From a virus, in the IMG/VR virus record IMGVR_UViG_3300032323_001387, positions 96,001 to 160,000 of that record: a stretch of DNA of 64,000 bases, one strand, 5' to 3'. Position numbers and translations under genes: made by a program. Shown here piece by piece: positions 17,749 to 26,001 of the stretch. The notes beneath the pieces were generated by a model, which ran no database searches, was not told the origin of the DNA, and was given only the letters and a program-made list of their open reading frames with translations. Position 1 is the stretch's first letter, and each line of letters begins with the position of its first letter.

Positions 17749-19085
17749 CCATTTTGATAAGTTCCTTCAACAGCACTGATCCATTGACCATTTCGCCATT
17801 CATATGTTAAACTCGTTGTAGTATTTAACACCACAGCATTAGAATTGCTAGTACTATCAAATGACACAGTCCATGTACTTCCGTTGTATTGTATAATGTC
17901 ATTGGCTCTAGCATTTACTATACCCCAGTATGAATTGTTAGGAACATCTTCTAAAATTAAGTAACGTTGCCCTGTAATAGCTGCTGGTAAATTTTTTCCT
18001 GGAGCACTTTTACTAGGATTAATAATAGCATTAACTGCGGCTTCTGTAGATGGAGGTAAACTATCGCTGTCCACAGATATGTAAGCAACATTTGATTTAG
18101 TAGGATCTTCATCCAAACTATCTATTACTGCAACAATGTCAGAACTAGGGTCACTGGGATCTATACCACGACGTAATCTTAGATTACTAATACCAGACTT
18201 CATTTCACCGAATGGTTTAAGTATATTTGCCCAACTTAATAAATCGCCATTACTATCAGTGCCACCTCCTGCACTGTTTAATATTATTGCTCGATCACCT
18301 GTAATTTGTAATTGTAATTTTAAATTTTCAAAAGTAACAACTACCCATTCCTTGTTAGGAACAGGATCGCTGGGATTCCAATCTAACATACTATCGTTCT
18401 GCTTCTTTTTAATTTCAGTAAGGATGGTATGAATAAGTGTTTGTCGTTTAACTTTAGCAGGAGGATTGATTAGAATAGGCAATGTAAAGTTTAATGCGGC
18501 AACATCAATGATGTCATCAGTACCTTGCGGCACACTTCTAACAGTCCAAACTACGTTAACTAATTCTGTGTAAGTTAAGTTACTCCAGTCAAATTGATTG
18601 TCGTTGGTTTTTAAGTTAATACTAGGATTGAACAATACTAATAATTGTTCCATTAGTTGTAGTTTTTGATCTGTATTGCTGGTCCATATATCCACTTGAA
18701 CAGTCAAGTCATATGGTACAGGCATATAGCGTTCGATGGTATAAGTGTTGCCTACTTCACCTTCTAAATATTGTCCAGTAACGTTGTCAAACTTCTTTTC
18801 ATAAACACGTTGAGTATCTACGTGTGTAGGGTTTGTTCTACGTTCTGCACTAATTTGTAAATCAGTTACATAGCAACTGATAAATGGTACAGTATTGATA
18901 GCATTCTCACTTTGGTTCTTTAGTATGTGTGCAGCCATACGATTAATATCACCATAGCGTACTGGCACTTGAATGTAGCTTTCATTGCCATCTCTGTCTT
19001 TGCCAGTTTTGACACTAAACCCACCTAAGATCCGCATAAATTGCAGTAAGTATTTTCTTATTTGTTCATCGTAAAAATATTGCAT
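17727..19085 (-). CDS. gp15: Tail sheath stabiliser/terminator (T4 gp15-like) with C-terminal extension
   Basis: YFYD.QIR.Y, VPV.YG, MPVPYD, QL.EQ.L.LFNP; extra C-terminal GQRYLI...NDIIQYNG.TW domain. Confidence 0.85.
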   Translation of the reverse strand: MQYFYDEQIRKYLLQFMRILGGFSVKTGKDRDGNESYIQVPVRYGDINRMAAHILKNQSENAINTVPFISCYVTDLQISAERRTNPTHVDTQRVYEKKFDNVTGQYLEGEVGNTYTIERYMPVPYDLTVQVDIWTSNTDQKLQLMEQLLVLFNPSINLKTNDNQFDWSNLTYTELVNVVWTVRSVPQGTDDIIDVAALNFTLPILINPPAKVKRQTLIHTILTEIKKKQNDSMLDWNPSDPVPNKEWVVVTFENLKLQLQITGDRAIILNSAGGGTDSNGDLLSWANILKPFGEMKSGISNLRLRRGIDPSDPSSDIVAVIDSLDEDPTKSNVAYISVDSDSLPPSTEAAVNAIINPSKSAPGKNLPAAITGQRYLILEDVPNNSYWGIVNARANDIIQYNGSTWTVSFDSTSNSNAVVLNTTTSLTYEWRNGQWISAVEGTYQNGWWRLYL

Positions 19086-19087
19086 GG

Positions 19088-20140
19088 TTAATCTGCCTTG
19101 GGTTTAACTACTTGACTTAATGCTTGACGTTCTGGCATTTCCTTACCGCCTACAACAGTTATGTTATCATTATTAATAAATCCAGCACCGTTGAGAACTT
19201 TGTCTCGCAGATCAACTGGACCGTTTGGTGTATTGATTCGTTGCCAACGAGTGCCACGATAAGCAAACATTGCAGGCGGTTGATAGTCAGTGCGTAAGAA
19301 GAAATCTCCTTGATGTGGATTTAGAGGGAAACTCAATCCTTCATTTAATGCTTCACCATGATCATATGTTGGATTTGCATCGCGCTGATAATTCTTACTA
19401 GTATCTTGTAATCCGTCTGTATTGGCTGTATTATCTAATATGTTGGGAGATAGCTGTTCACCTCGAGCAACAATAGCATTAGATATTTCTAATTCTTTTT
19501 GATATGTACTTAACGCATCTTTTAATGTATCGTTGCCATAGTCATTGGCTTTGTTTTGTAAAATATCTCTGTACTCTTGAGCATCTGTCATCGGACTTGC
19601 TTTAATGCGCCAGATGTGTGGATACCAAGTTTGACTAAAACCTTCAGCGGCACGACTAGCATCTTGAACAACATAAAATTTATTTACAGCTGGTTTGCTT
19701 TGATCTAACAATAGGTCGTCTCTAATATGTGGTAGTTCAATGACATCACCTGCCATTAGTTTTCTACCCATGCGTTCAACCATGTCATTGGTATGTAAAC
19801 TGATAAAAATAGTGTCAGCACTTAGAAACAATCCAAACTGAGTTAGGTCAAAGTCTTGATCTCCTACGTTATAAACTCCTCGAAGTTCATAGACGTCTGG
19901 ATCATAAATCCTATCACGATTCTCTAAGAACAATAAGTCTTGAATTTTAGTTTCGTTGAGTACGTCGTCGGCCTTGTAGTTAGGCTTGGTTGGATCAGTA
20001 CTGGCGCCCTGATCTGCTGGTTGTAAATATTTGTGTACTAACACGCCAGTCCCGCCTACCATAAATTGTTCGCGGATAAGTCTATCCATGAAATGGTAGT
20101 CGTTGGTTTTTTCGGATTTCCACAGGCTTAGTCTTGGCAT
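19088..20140 (-). CDS. gp14: Neck protein (T4 gp14-like)
   Basis: LFLENRDR.YD, L.QFGL, GDVIELP; adjacent to the gp15-like gene. Confidence 0.8.
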   Translation of the reverse strand: MPRLSLWKSEKTNDYHFMDRLIREQFMVGGTGVLVHKYLQPADQGASTDPTKPNYKADDVLNETKIQDLLFLENRDRIYDPDVYELRGVYNVGDQDFDLTQFGLFLSADTIFISLHTNDMVERMGRKLMAGDVIELPHIRDDLLLDQSKPAVNKFYVVQDASRAAEGFSQTWYPHIWRIKASPMTDAQEYRDILQNKANDYGNDTLKDALSTYQKELEISNAIVARGEQLSPNILDNTANTDGLQDTSKNYQRDANPTYDHGEALNEGLSFPLNPHQGDFFLRTDYQPPAMFAYRGTRWQRINTPNGPVDLRDKVLNGAGFINNDNITVVGGKEMPERQALSQVVKPKAD

Positions 20141-20232
20141 AATGTACTATTTACCTAAAGTTTTTCTTTGGCTATCTTTTAAATTACTGTGTTTCGTATA
20201 AATAGTTACAATACACTTTAAAGGATTTTATC

Positions 20233-20880
20233 ATGACTATTACAGATAACTGGGTAAAAGTTTTCCCTGCGAACACATTAGGAACTCCAGAATTGGCATA
20301 TTTCGTAGTTGATATAGGCACAGATATTGAAACAAACTACACAGCAAGTGATAGCTTGTATTCTAAAGCAGTTAGAGCACTACAGTTAAAAACAGACTTA
20401 TATATGGTAGGCGTACCAGACGGTAACATCTTTACATTTGCCGCTAGAGTATCATCTATCCCAGGTGCAGTTGCTGGCTCAATATCCGGCACTATCCCTA
20501 GTTTGGGCGATGACATCGCTGAATTTATCAGTGACGAAACAGTGACAAGTATTTCTGTACGTTCCGGAGGAACTGCCAATGACGTGGGTGACGAATTTGA
20601 ATTCCGTCATGCTTCTTTTGCTACACCATTAAGAGTTCGCGTTACAGCATCTAACTCAGGTGTTGCCACAGCAGTATCGATTGTAAACGGCGGAGTATGG
20701 ACCGATGATAATTCATACCCTGACAATACTACAGCAGGTGGATTTACCAGAGTGCAAGTTGCCGCAGGCCAGGATTGGAATGGCAACAATTTACAAGTCA
20801 ACATTAACTCCTGGGGACTAAGTGATGTTCAAGTTTACAATGCCAGCATTGTAGGCGGCAATCTAGTCTGGAACGACTAA
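20233..20880 (+). CDS. Probable virion surface/decoration protein
   Basis: TATAAATA near 20197; SD; beta-rich VTSISV.SGG...GD insert; own terminator. Confidence 0.55.
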   Translation: MTITDNWVKVFPANTLGTPELAYFVVDIGTDIETNYTASDSLYSKAVRALQLKTDLYMVGVPDGNIFTFAARVSSIPGAVAGSISGTIPSLGDDIAEFISDETVTSISVRSGGTANDVGDEFEFRHASFATPLRVRVTASNSGVATAVSIVNGGVWTDDNSYPDNTTAGGFTRVQVAAGQDWNGNNLQVNINSWGLSDVQVYNASIVGGNLVWND

Positions 20881-20898
20881 TAAAAACAAAAGTATTAC

Positions 20899-20921
20899 AA
20901 ACCCGCTTCGGCGGGTTTTTT
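20899..20921 (+). terminator. Intrinsic terminator (UUCG)
   Basis: AAACCCGC-TTCG-GCGGGTTTTTT. Confidence 0.9.
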
Positions 20922-20922
20922 A

Positions 20923-20951
20923 TTGACACAAATTGGTTTTGGTAATATAAT
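20923..20951 (+). promoter_or_regulatory. Early sigma70-type promoter (repeat family)
   Basis: TTGACA-caaattggttttggtaa(17)-TATAAT. Confidence 0.9.
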
Positions 20952-20979
20952 ACACTTATAGACAGTAAAAAGGTCCAGA

Positions 20980-21417
20980 ATGGAATATAAAGTCGAAGCA
21001 ACTAGCCAAAAAATACAAAAGTTTTTGGAATCACTGATGCCTTCGTTTATTGAACAACTTGGGTTGACTAACAGTAAACGAGCAGTTCTAGTAAAAGTCA
21101 CAAAAGATTTGGAAAAAGAGTTCCAAGGCTCTACTATGAACATTGAGTTCGCTGATTGTATGCTAGTGTTGATCAGGGCGCCCAAAAGAATCACCCCAAT
21201 GGCTTTAATAGAAATGGCTACTACTTTAGCACACGAAATGGTACACGTAAGGCAGCTGGCCAAAGGTATTATGCGTTTCGACCGCGGCGATGTAAGATAT
21301 TGGAAAGGCAAAAGGTATACCAAAAAAACCAAGTATTTGGACATGCCATGGGAAATAGATGCCTTTTCAAAGCAAGAACTTTTGGTGCGCCGCGCATTTG
21401 AAATTGACACAAAATAG
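20980..21417 (+). CDS. HExxH zinc metallopeptidase-like protein
   Basis: TLAHEMVHVRQ and Y...PWEIDA. Confidence 0.8.
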   Translation: MEYKVEATSQKIQKFLESLMPSFIEQLGLTNSKRAVLVKVTKDLEKEFQGSTMNIEFADCMLVLIRAPKRITPMALIEMATTLAHEMVHVRQLAKGIMRFDRGDVRYWKGKRYTKKTKYLDMPWEIDAFSKQELLVRRAFEIDTK

Positions 21418-21432
21418 AAGTTAGCATATAAT
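21404..21432 (+). promoter_or_regulatory. Early sigma70-type promoter
   Basis: TTGACA-17-TATAAT overlapping the end of the upstream gene. Confidence 0.85.
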
Positions 21433-21454
21433 TACATTTTACCTAGGAGTAAAC

Positions 21455-22651
21455 ATGGCTACAAAAAGACCCGTTAAACAAGCAAGCTCGGATAAATTGG
21501 CTTGGCGTTTTGAACCGCCTGCTAAAACCGTTGCCTATCGAGAAGTTGATTCTAAGTATGTGGGCGAAGAACCAACTTACCCCAGCGTAGAAGAACAACA
21601 GGCTTGGACTGCCAGCGAGTATAAAACACAGATCCTGCGTTCACTGAATTGGTATGCACATACACAGGATAAAAAGAAAAGTGCAGAATGGCTAGTTCAA
21701 TTCCTTGCACGTAATCCACGCCGCCAAAAATTAGCAGAAGCAGTCAAGCGTGGAGACATTTGGCCAGGCCCCACAGTTGGTTTTGCGCTAAGAGCAGGCC
21801 GAGTTGGACTCGCATTGCGATTCGGTACACTTCGTACTCTTGTTAAACAGCTTAAACAAGCAGACGTTGGCATTGACACTAGTAATCAAGTCGCCGAAGT
21901 CGTTGTAGATGACAAGCCAAAGTTCAATATCCAAGAACGTATGGCTGAAAAGACAGCAGAATTCCTGGGAGAACTCGAAGGTCGTTTTGATGACTTTATG
22001 GCTGAGTTCAAAGGCGAACCCAAGCTAGTCGAATTGATGACTTCGATGAACGTTCCTGCCGTACAGGTTAAAACAGTACAAGAGTTTATTAACAAAAAGA
22101 TTGCAGAGTTTGAAGAAGTTAACTCTAGCAAAGATCCGCAGGTATTGGAAGCATATAAGCATCTAGGCAAGCGCCAAGTCAATACCATTATCAAATGGTG
22201 GACACAGGCTTTGGCAGACGCTAACAGCTACAACGTAGTTAAAAAAGCCAGCAAGGCTCCGCGTAAAAAGAAAGCAGTTACACCTGAAAAAGTTGTAGCC
22301 AAGTTGAAGTACGCAAAAGAGTTTAAAGAACTTAGTCTCAAAAGTGCGGACCCAACTACAATTCTCACGGCGCAAGAACTTTGGGTGTATAACACAAAGA
22401 CACGTAAGCTGGGTATCTACATTGCAGATCAATATGCAGGCGCATTGACAGTTAAGAATAGTGCTATTGTAGGTTTTGATGCTAATGCAAGTGTACAAAA
22501 GACATTGCGTAAGCCCAAAGATCAACTTAAAGAGTTTAGTGCTAACGGCAAGCCGGCCGCTAAGAAATGGTTTAAAGGTATTAAAGCTACAGAAATCAAA
22601 CTTAATGGCCGTATAAGTACTGATATCGTCTTGTTAAAGGTTTACAAATGA
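21455..22651 (+). CDS. Hypothetical basic early protein
   Basis: 398 aa; AGGAG SD; own promoter; LWVYNTKTRKL and KTLRKP motifs; function not recognised. Confidence 0.75.
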   Translation: MATKRPVKQASSDKLAWRFEPPAKTVAYREVDSKYVGEEPTYPSVEEQQAWTASEYKTQILRSLNWYAHTQDKKKSAEWLVQFLARNPRRQKLAEAVKRGDIWPGPTVGFALRAGRVGLALRFGTLRTLVKQLKQADVGIDTSNQVAEVVVDDKPKFNIQERMAEKTAEFLGELEGRFDDFMAEFKGEPKLVELMTSMNVPAVQVKTVQEFINKKIAEFEEVNSSKDPQVLEAYKHLGKRQVNTIIKWWTQALADANSYNVVKKASKAPRKKKAVTPEKVVAKLKYAKEFKELSLKSADPTTILTAQELWVYNTKTRKLGIYIADQYAGALTVKNSAIVGFDANASVQKTLRKPKDQLKEFSANGKPAAKKWFKGIKATEIKLNGRISTDIVLLKVYK

Positions 22652-23814
22652 AAACACAATTAATTGCCACAGTTCTTATTTCATTATTAACCGGATGTTC
22701 GCTAACTGCTTGTGGAGGCAGCGGCAATAATAAGGCAACAGCGCCTAATGACCCTCCGCCTATTATAAATGCAGATACAATTAGTTGTCAAGTACAAAAT
22801 CCTTTAACACTATTAAATGCAGAACCCGTATATAATTTCTCGGGCCTGAATAGTAACTGGTATAATTCTAAAAGTGTTCCGGGCGCAGAATCAAGTCAAA
22901 ATTTTGTAATTGCTTTTTCTAACTTTTCGGCAGTTGCAAAAGAGAAAAATGATGCGGCTTTAAAATCTACATTGGTATCGAATCTTCATCGCTGGGCAGT
23001 AGCAGACGCATTTAAAGGTAGCAGGCTTTGCTGGAATCCCACAACAGGCTGGGATAGTACTTGTACCCAATGGGTTGATCCAAATGGCAATGATTTGAGT
23101 GCCATTCAAGACAATAACTTTATCATGGAGATGGTGGAATCTATTAGACCTTCTTACAGTCTTATATCGGACTGGGCCAAAGAAAATGAGCCAACTAAAC
23201 ATGCCAAAATTATGAGTTGGTTAGATTTTTGGGATGAAAATACACCAAATCCCGACAATGTATTTTTTGGACTAGGAATGGGAAGATACCATTGGGAAAT
23301 ACGGCGTATTACTGATAAATCCGGCGTTGCGGCAACTACTCCATTGGTTCGTAGATTAATGCAGGATATTTTACTGCTAGTCAACGAAGACGGTTCCATT
23401 AGAGATAGAACAACCCGTGGAAATAGAGCTATGTGGTATCATTATTCCTCGCTCAACGAAATCATGACATCTATGTATTTGGCTAAACTAGCTGGTGTTG
23501 CAATAGATCCTGTGCTGGAAAATAGACTGCATAAAGCAGTTGAATTATTTCTCAATACATTAGATAATCCTGCACATATTGTTAAATGGGCAAATACAGG
23601 ACATAACAACGGCGGAGATGGCACTGCACAAAACTTTAATTTTGCCGATTGGTATAACCAACCCTATGCAGGATCGTGGATTTATTTGTATGTAAATTGG
23701 TATCCTTCTAACAATAATACAGCAAGGCTGTCACAAAAAGTTCCTTTAAATTCTGCAAAATCAGCAAGTCAGGACAGGCAATTTGGTATACCTTTAGGTT
23801 GTTTGCTTTTTTAA
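22648..23814 (+). CDS. Lipoprotein, alginate lyase-like (PF05426-type alpha/alpha barrel)
   Basis: Signal peptide with LTGC/LTAC lipoboxes; DGS...RGNRAMWYHYSSL resembles the RG.RAL.YH motif. Confidence 0.65.
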   Translation: MKTQLIATVLISLLTGCSLTACGGSGNNKATAPNDPPPIINADTISCQVQNPLTLLNAEPVYNFSGLNSNWYNSKSVPGAESSQNFVIAFSNFSAVAKEKNDAALKSTLVSNLHRWAVADAFKGSRLCWNPTTGWDSTCTQWVDPNGNDLSAIQDNNFIMEMVESIRPSYSLISDWAKENEPTKHAKIMSWLDFWDENTPNPDNVFFGLGMGRYHWEIRRITDKSGVAATTPLVRRLMQDILLLVNEDGSIRDRTTRGNRAMWYHYSSLNEIMTSMYLAKLAGVAIDPVLENRLHKAVELFLNTLDNPAHIVKWANTGHNNGGDGTAQNFNFADWYNQPYAGSWIYLYVNWYPSNNNTARLSQKVPLNSAKSASQDRQFGIPLGCLLF

Positions 23815-23825
23815 ATAACAAAACC

Positions 23826-23861
23826 AAAATCTCCCGCTAAATATACATAGCGGGAGATTTT
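23826..23861 (+). promoter_or_regulatory. Hairpin containing the late promoter and the SD of gp13
   Basis: AAAATCTCCCGCTA-aatataca-TAGCGGGAGATTTT; TAAATA at 23838-23843; GGGAG in the 3' arm. Confidence 0.8.
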
Positions 23862-23863
23862 TT

Positions 23864-24610
23864 ATGAGTATTAAAGACGAAATTACCAAGGACATAGAAC
23901 TTAGACTTGGCGGAGGAATGGTTGATGTAGAATTAGATTCTGCACATTATGACTTGGCTATTAATCAGTCCTTACGCAAATATAGACAGCGTAGTAGTCG
24001 AGCAGTAGCGGAAAAATTTATCCCTATAGATATTAAAGCAGAACAGCAAGAATATCAATTGCCATTGAATGTACAATTGGTTAGGGAAGTAATGCTTCGT
24101 CAAACTGGTACAATGGGTATTAGCCAGACAGGCGTTGACTTTGAACCGTTCAACGCTATGTACCTTAACAATATGTTATTACAGCAATCTTCTAGCTTTG
24201 CTGGATTGATGAATTATGAGTTATATTCAGGACGTCGTGAATTAATGGCTCGTATGTTTGGTGGTTATGTAACATTTACATTTAGCCAAAACGATAAAAA
24301 GATTTTGTTACATCGTAAGTTTAGAGCCGAAGATACAGTATTTGCGTGGTGCTGGGTTGAACGCGATGACGAAGATTTGCTAATAGATCCATATGCCGGT
24401 CCATGGTTAAAGGACTATGCCTTTGCCAAAGCCAAATTTATGTTAGGCGAAGCTCGTGCCAAGTTTGCTACTATCGCTGGCCCGCAAGGCGGAACAAGCT
24501 TAAACGGTGATGCACTGAAAAGCGAAGCGGCAGCAGACCTGGAAAAACTCGAAGAAGATTTAAAGAATTATGTAGACGGCGGCGGCTACGGAGGATTCAT
24601 CATTGGATGA
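23864..24610 (+). CDS. gp13: Neck protein (T4 gp13-like)
   Basis: LRLGG..VDVELD, W.KDY..A.AK...GE.R.KF, GG..LNG. Confidence 0.88.
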   Translation: MSIKDEITKDIELRLGGGMVDVELDSAHYDLAINQSLRKYRQRSSRAVAEKFIPIDIKAEQQEYQLPLNVQLVREVMLRQTGTMGISQTGVDFEPFNAMYLNNMLLQQSSSFAGLMNYELYSGRRELMARMFGGYVTFTFSQNDKKILLHRKFRAEDTVFAWCWVERDDEDLLIDPYAGPWLKDYAFAKAKFMLGEARAKFATIAGPQGGTSLNGDALKSEAAADLEKLEEDLKNYVDGGGYGGFIIG

Positions 24611-24794
24611 TCTAGCAAAACTCAGAGTACTTGCAGGTGTCGATAAGCAAGCACAAAGTCCAGTCACAGGAGAAATCGGCACAGAAAAAGGAGAGTACCA
24701 GCGTAAGCATAATATTCGACCTGGTACAGATGAATGGTTTAAATTATGGTTTGCTAGACCTTCATTGACTGGCGAAAAACCCATTGACAAATAG
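24603..24794 (+). CDS. Small hypothetical protein
   Basis: 63 aa; LRVLAGV motif; I.PGT.EWF.LWF. Confidence 0.65.
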   Translation: MDDLAKLRVLAGVDKQAQSPVTGEIGTEKGEYQRKHNIRPGTDEWFKLWFARPSLTGEKPIDK

Positions 24795-24812
24795 AAAGTA
24801 CTGCTATATACT
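24784..24812 (+). promoter_or_regulatory. sigma70-type promoter, leaderless configuration
   Basis: TTGACA-17-TATACT; ATG 6 nt downstream. Confidence 0.8.
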
Positions 24813-24818
24813 AGTAGT

Positions 24819-25307
24819 ATGAACATTTACCTTGACATGGATGACGTAGTTGCTGACTGGATGAAGGCAGCTCGCGAATATCTAAAAAGACCAAGTTGGG
24901 ATTGGTCACAAATTCTCCCAGACACCGAATGGCGACGTCTTAAAGACAATCAAAGAATGTATCGCCATCTCCCACTTAAACCAGGAGCCAATGAACTAGT
25001 TGATTGGGTCACACAATACTGTAGACGAACAGACTCTGGTTTATTCTTTTTAAGCGCATTGCCTCATAAGAACGATGTACCATGGGCAGTGCAAGACAAA
25101 GTATGGTGGGCGCATGACCACTTTCCGCATATCCCTGTTTTCCTTGGACCATATAGTCATGACAAGTGGGTAAGATGCGAACCAGGAGATATTTTGATTG
25201 ACGATAGACCCAGTAACTGCGAAGAATGGATTCGCGCAGGCGGAAGAGCTCATATGTACAAAAACTGGGAAGATTGTAAAGTGTGGCTAGAGGAGACATT
25301 AAAATGA
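24819..25307 (+). CDS. HAD-family 5'(3')-deoxyribonucleotidase
   Basis: YLDMDDVVAD and ILIDDR..N..EW. Confidence 0.88.
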   Translation: MNIYLDMDDVVADWMKAAREYLKRPSWDWSQILPDTEWRRLKDNQRMYRHLPLKPGANELVDWVTQYCRRTDSGLFFLSALPHKNDVPWAVQDKVWWAHDHFPHIPVFLGPYSHDKWVRCEPGDILIDDRPSNCEEWIRAGGRAHMYKNWEDCKVWLEETLK

Positions 25308-25936
25308 TTATTGGTGTATGTGGTTTTATTGGCAGCGGCAAAGATACTATTGCAGACTATCTAGTAAACGTACATGGCTTTCGCCGTGAAAGTTTTGCTA
25401 ATACATTAAAGGATGCAGTAGCCGCAGTATTCGGGTGGGATAGAGTTATGCTCGAAGGTCGTACAAAAGAAGCACGTGAATGGCGGGAACAAGTTGATCC
25501 GTGGTGGGCAAACAGGCTAGGCATACCTACTTTAACTCCTAGATGGGTATTACAGTATTGGGGCACAGAGGTATGCAGAAAAGGCTTTCACGACGATATC
25601 TGGATTGCTAGTGTAGAAAACAAATTACGCAGAAGTAAAGATAATATTGTTATCAGTGATTGTCGTTTTCCTAACGAAATTGCTAGTATCAAACAAGCAG
25701 GCGGCAGTATTATCTGTGTTAACAGAGGCGAATTGCCTAGCTGGCATATTATGGCCGCCAAAGCAAATGACGGAGATTTATTCGCCGCCGAAAAGCTCAA
25801 GGCATTAGGCGTTCATGCCAGTGAAACTGCATGGGTTGGAACTAAGTTTGACTATGTCTTAGATAACAATTCTACATTGGATTCACTGTTTAGTCAAGTA
25901 GAAACAGTGGTGCAACCTGAACCAGTGAAAATATGA
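25304..25936 (+). CDS. Deoxynucleoside monophosphate kinase (T4 gp1-like)
   Basis: G.IGSGKDT, TPR.VLQ.WGTE, ISDCRF.NE, H.SE; start at 25304 after AGGAG. Confidence 0.92.
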   Translation: MIIGVCGFIGSGKDTIADYLVNVHGFRRESFANTLKDAVAAVFGWDRVMLEGRTKEAREWREQVDPWWANRLGIPTLTPRWVLQYWGTEVCRKGFHDDIWIASVENKLRRSKDNIVISDCRFPNEIASIKQAGGSIICVNRGELPSWHIMAAKANDGDLFAAEKLKALGVHASETAWVGTKFDYVLDNNSTLDSLFSQVETVVQPEPVKI

Positions 25937-26001
25937 ATTCCGCTAAATAGCCTGGTTTCTCCGAGAACGTATAAATATACATAACCGTTTAAGGAGAAAA
26001 C

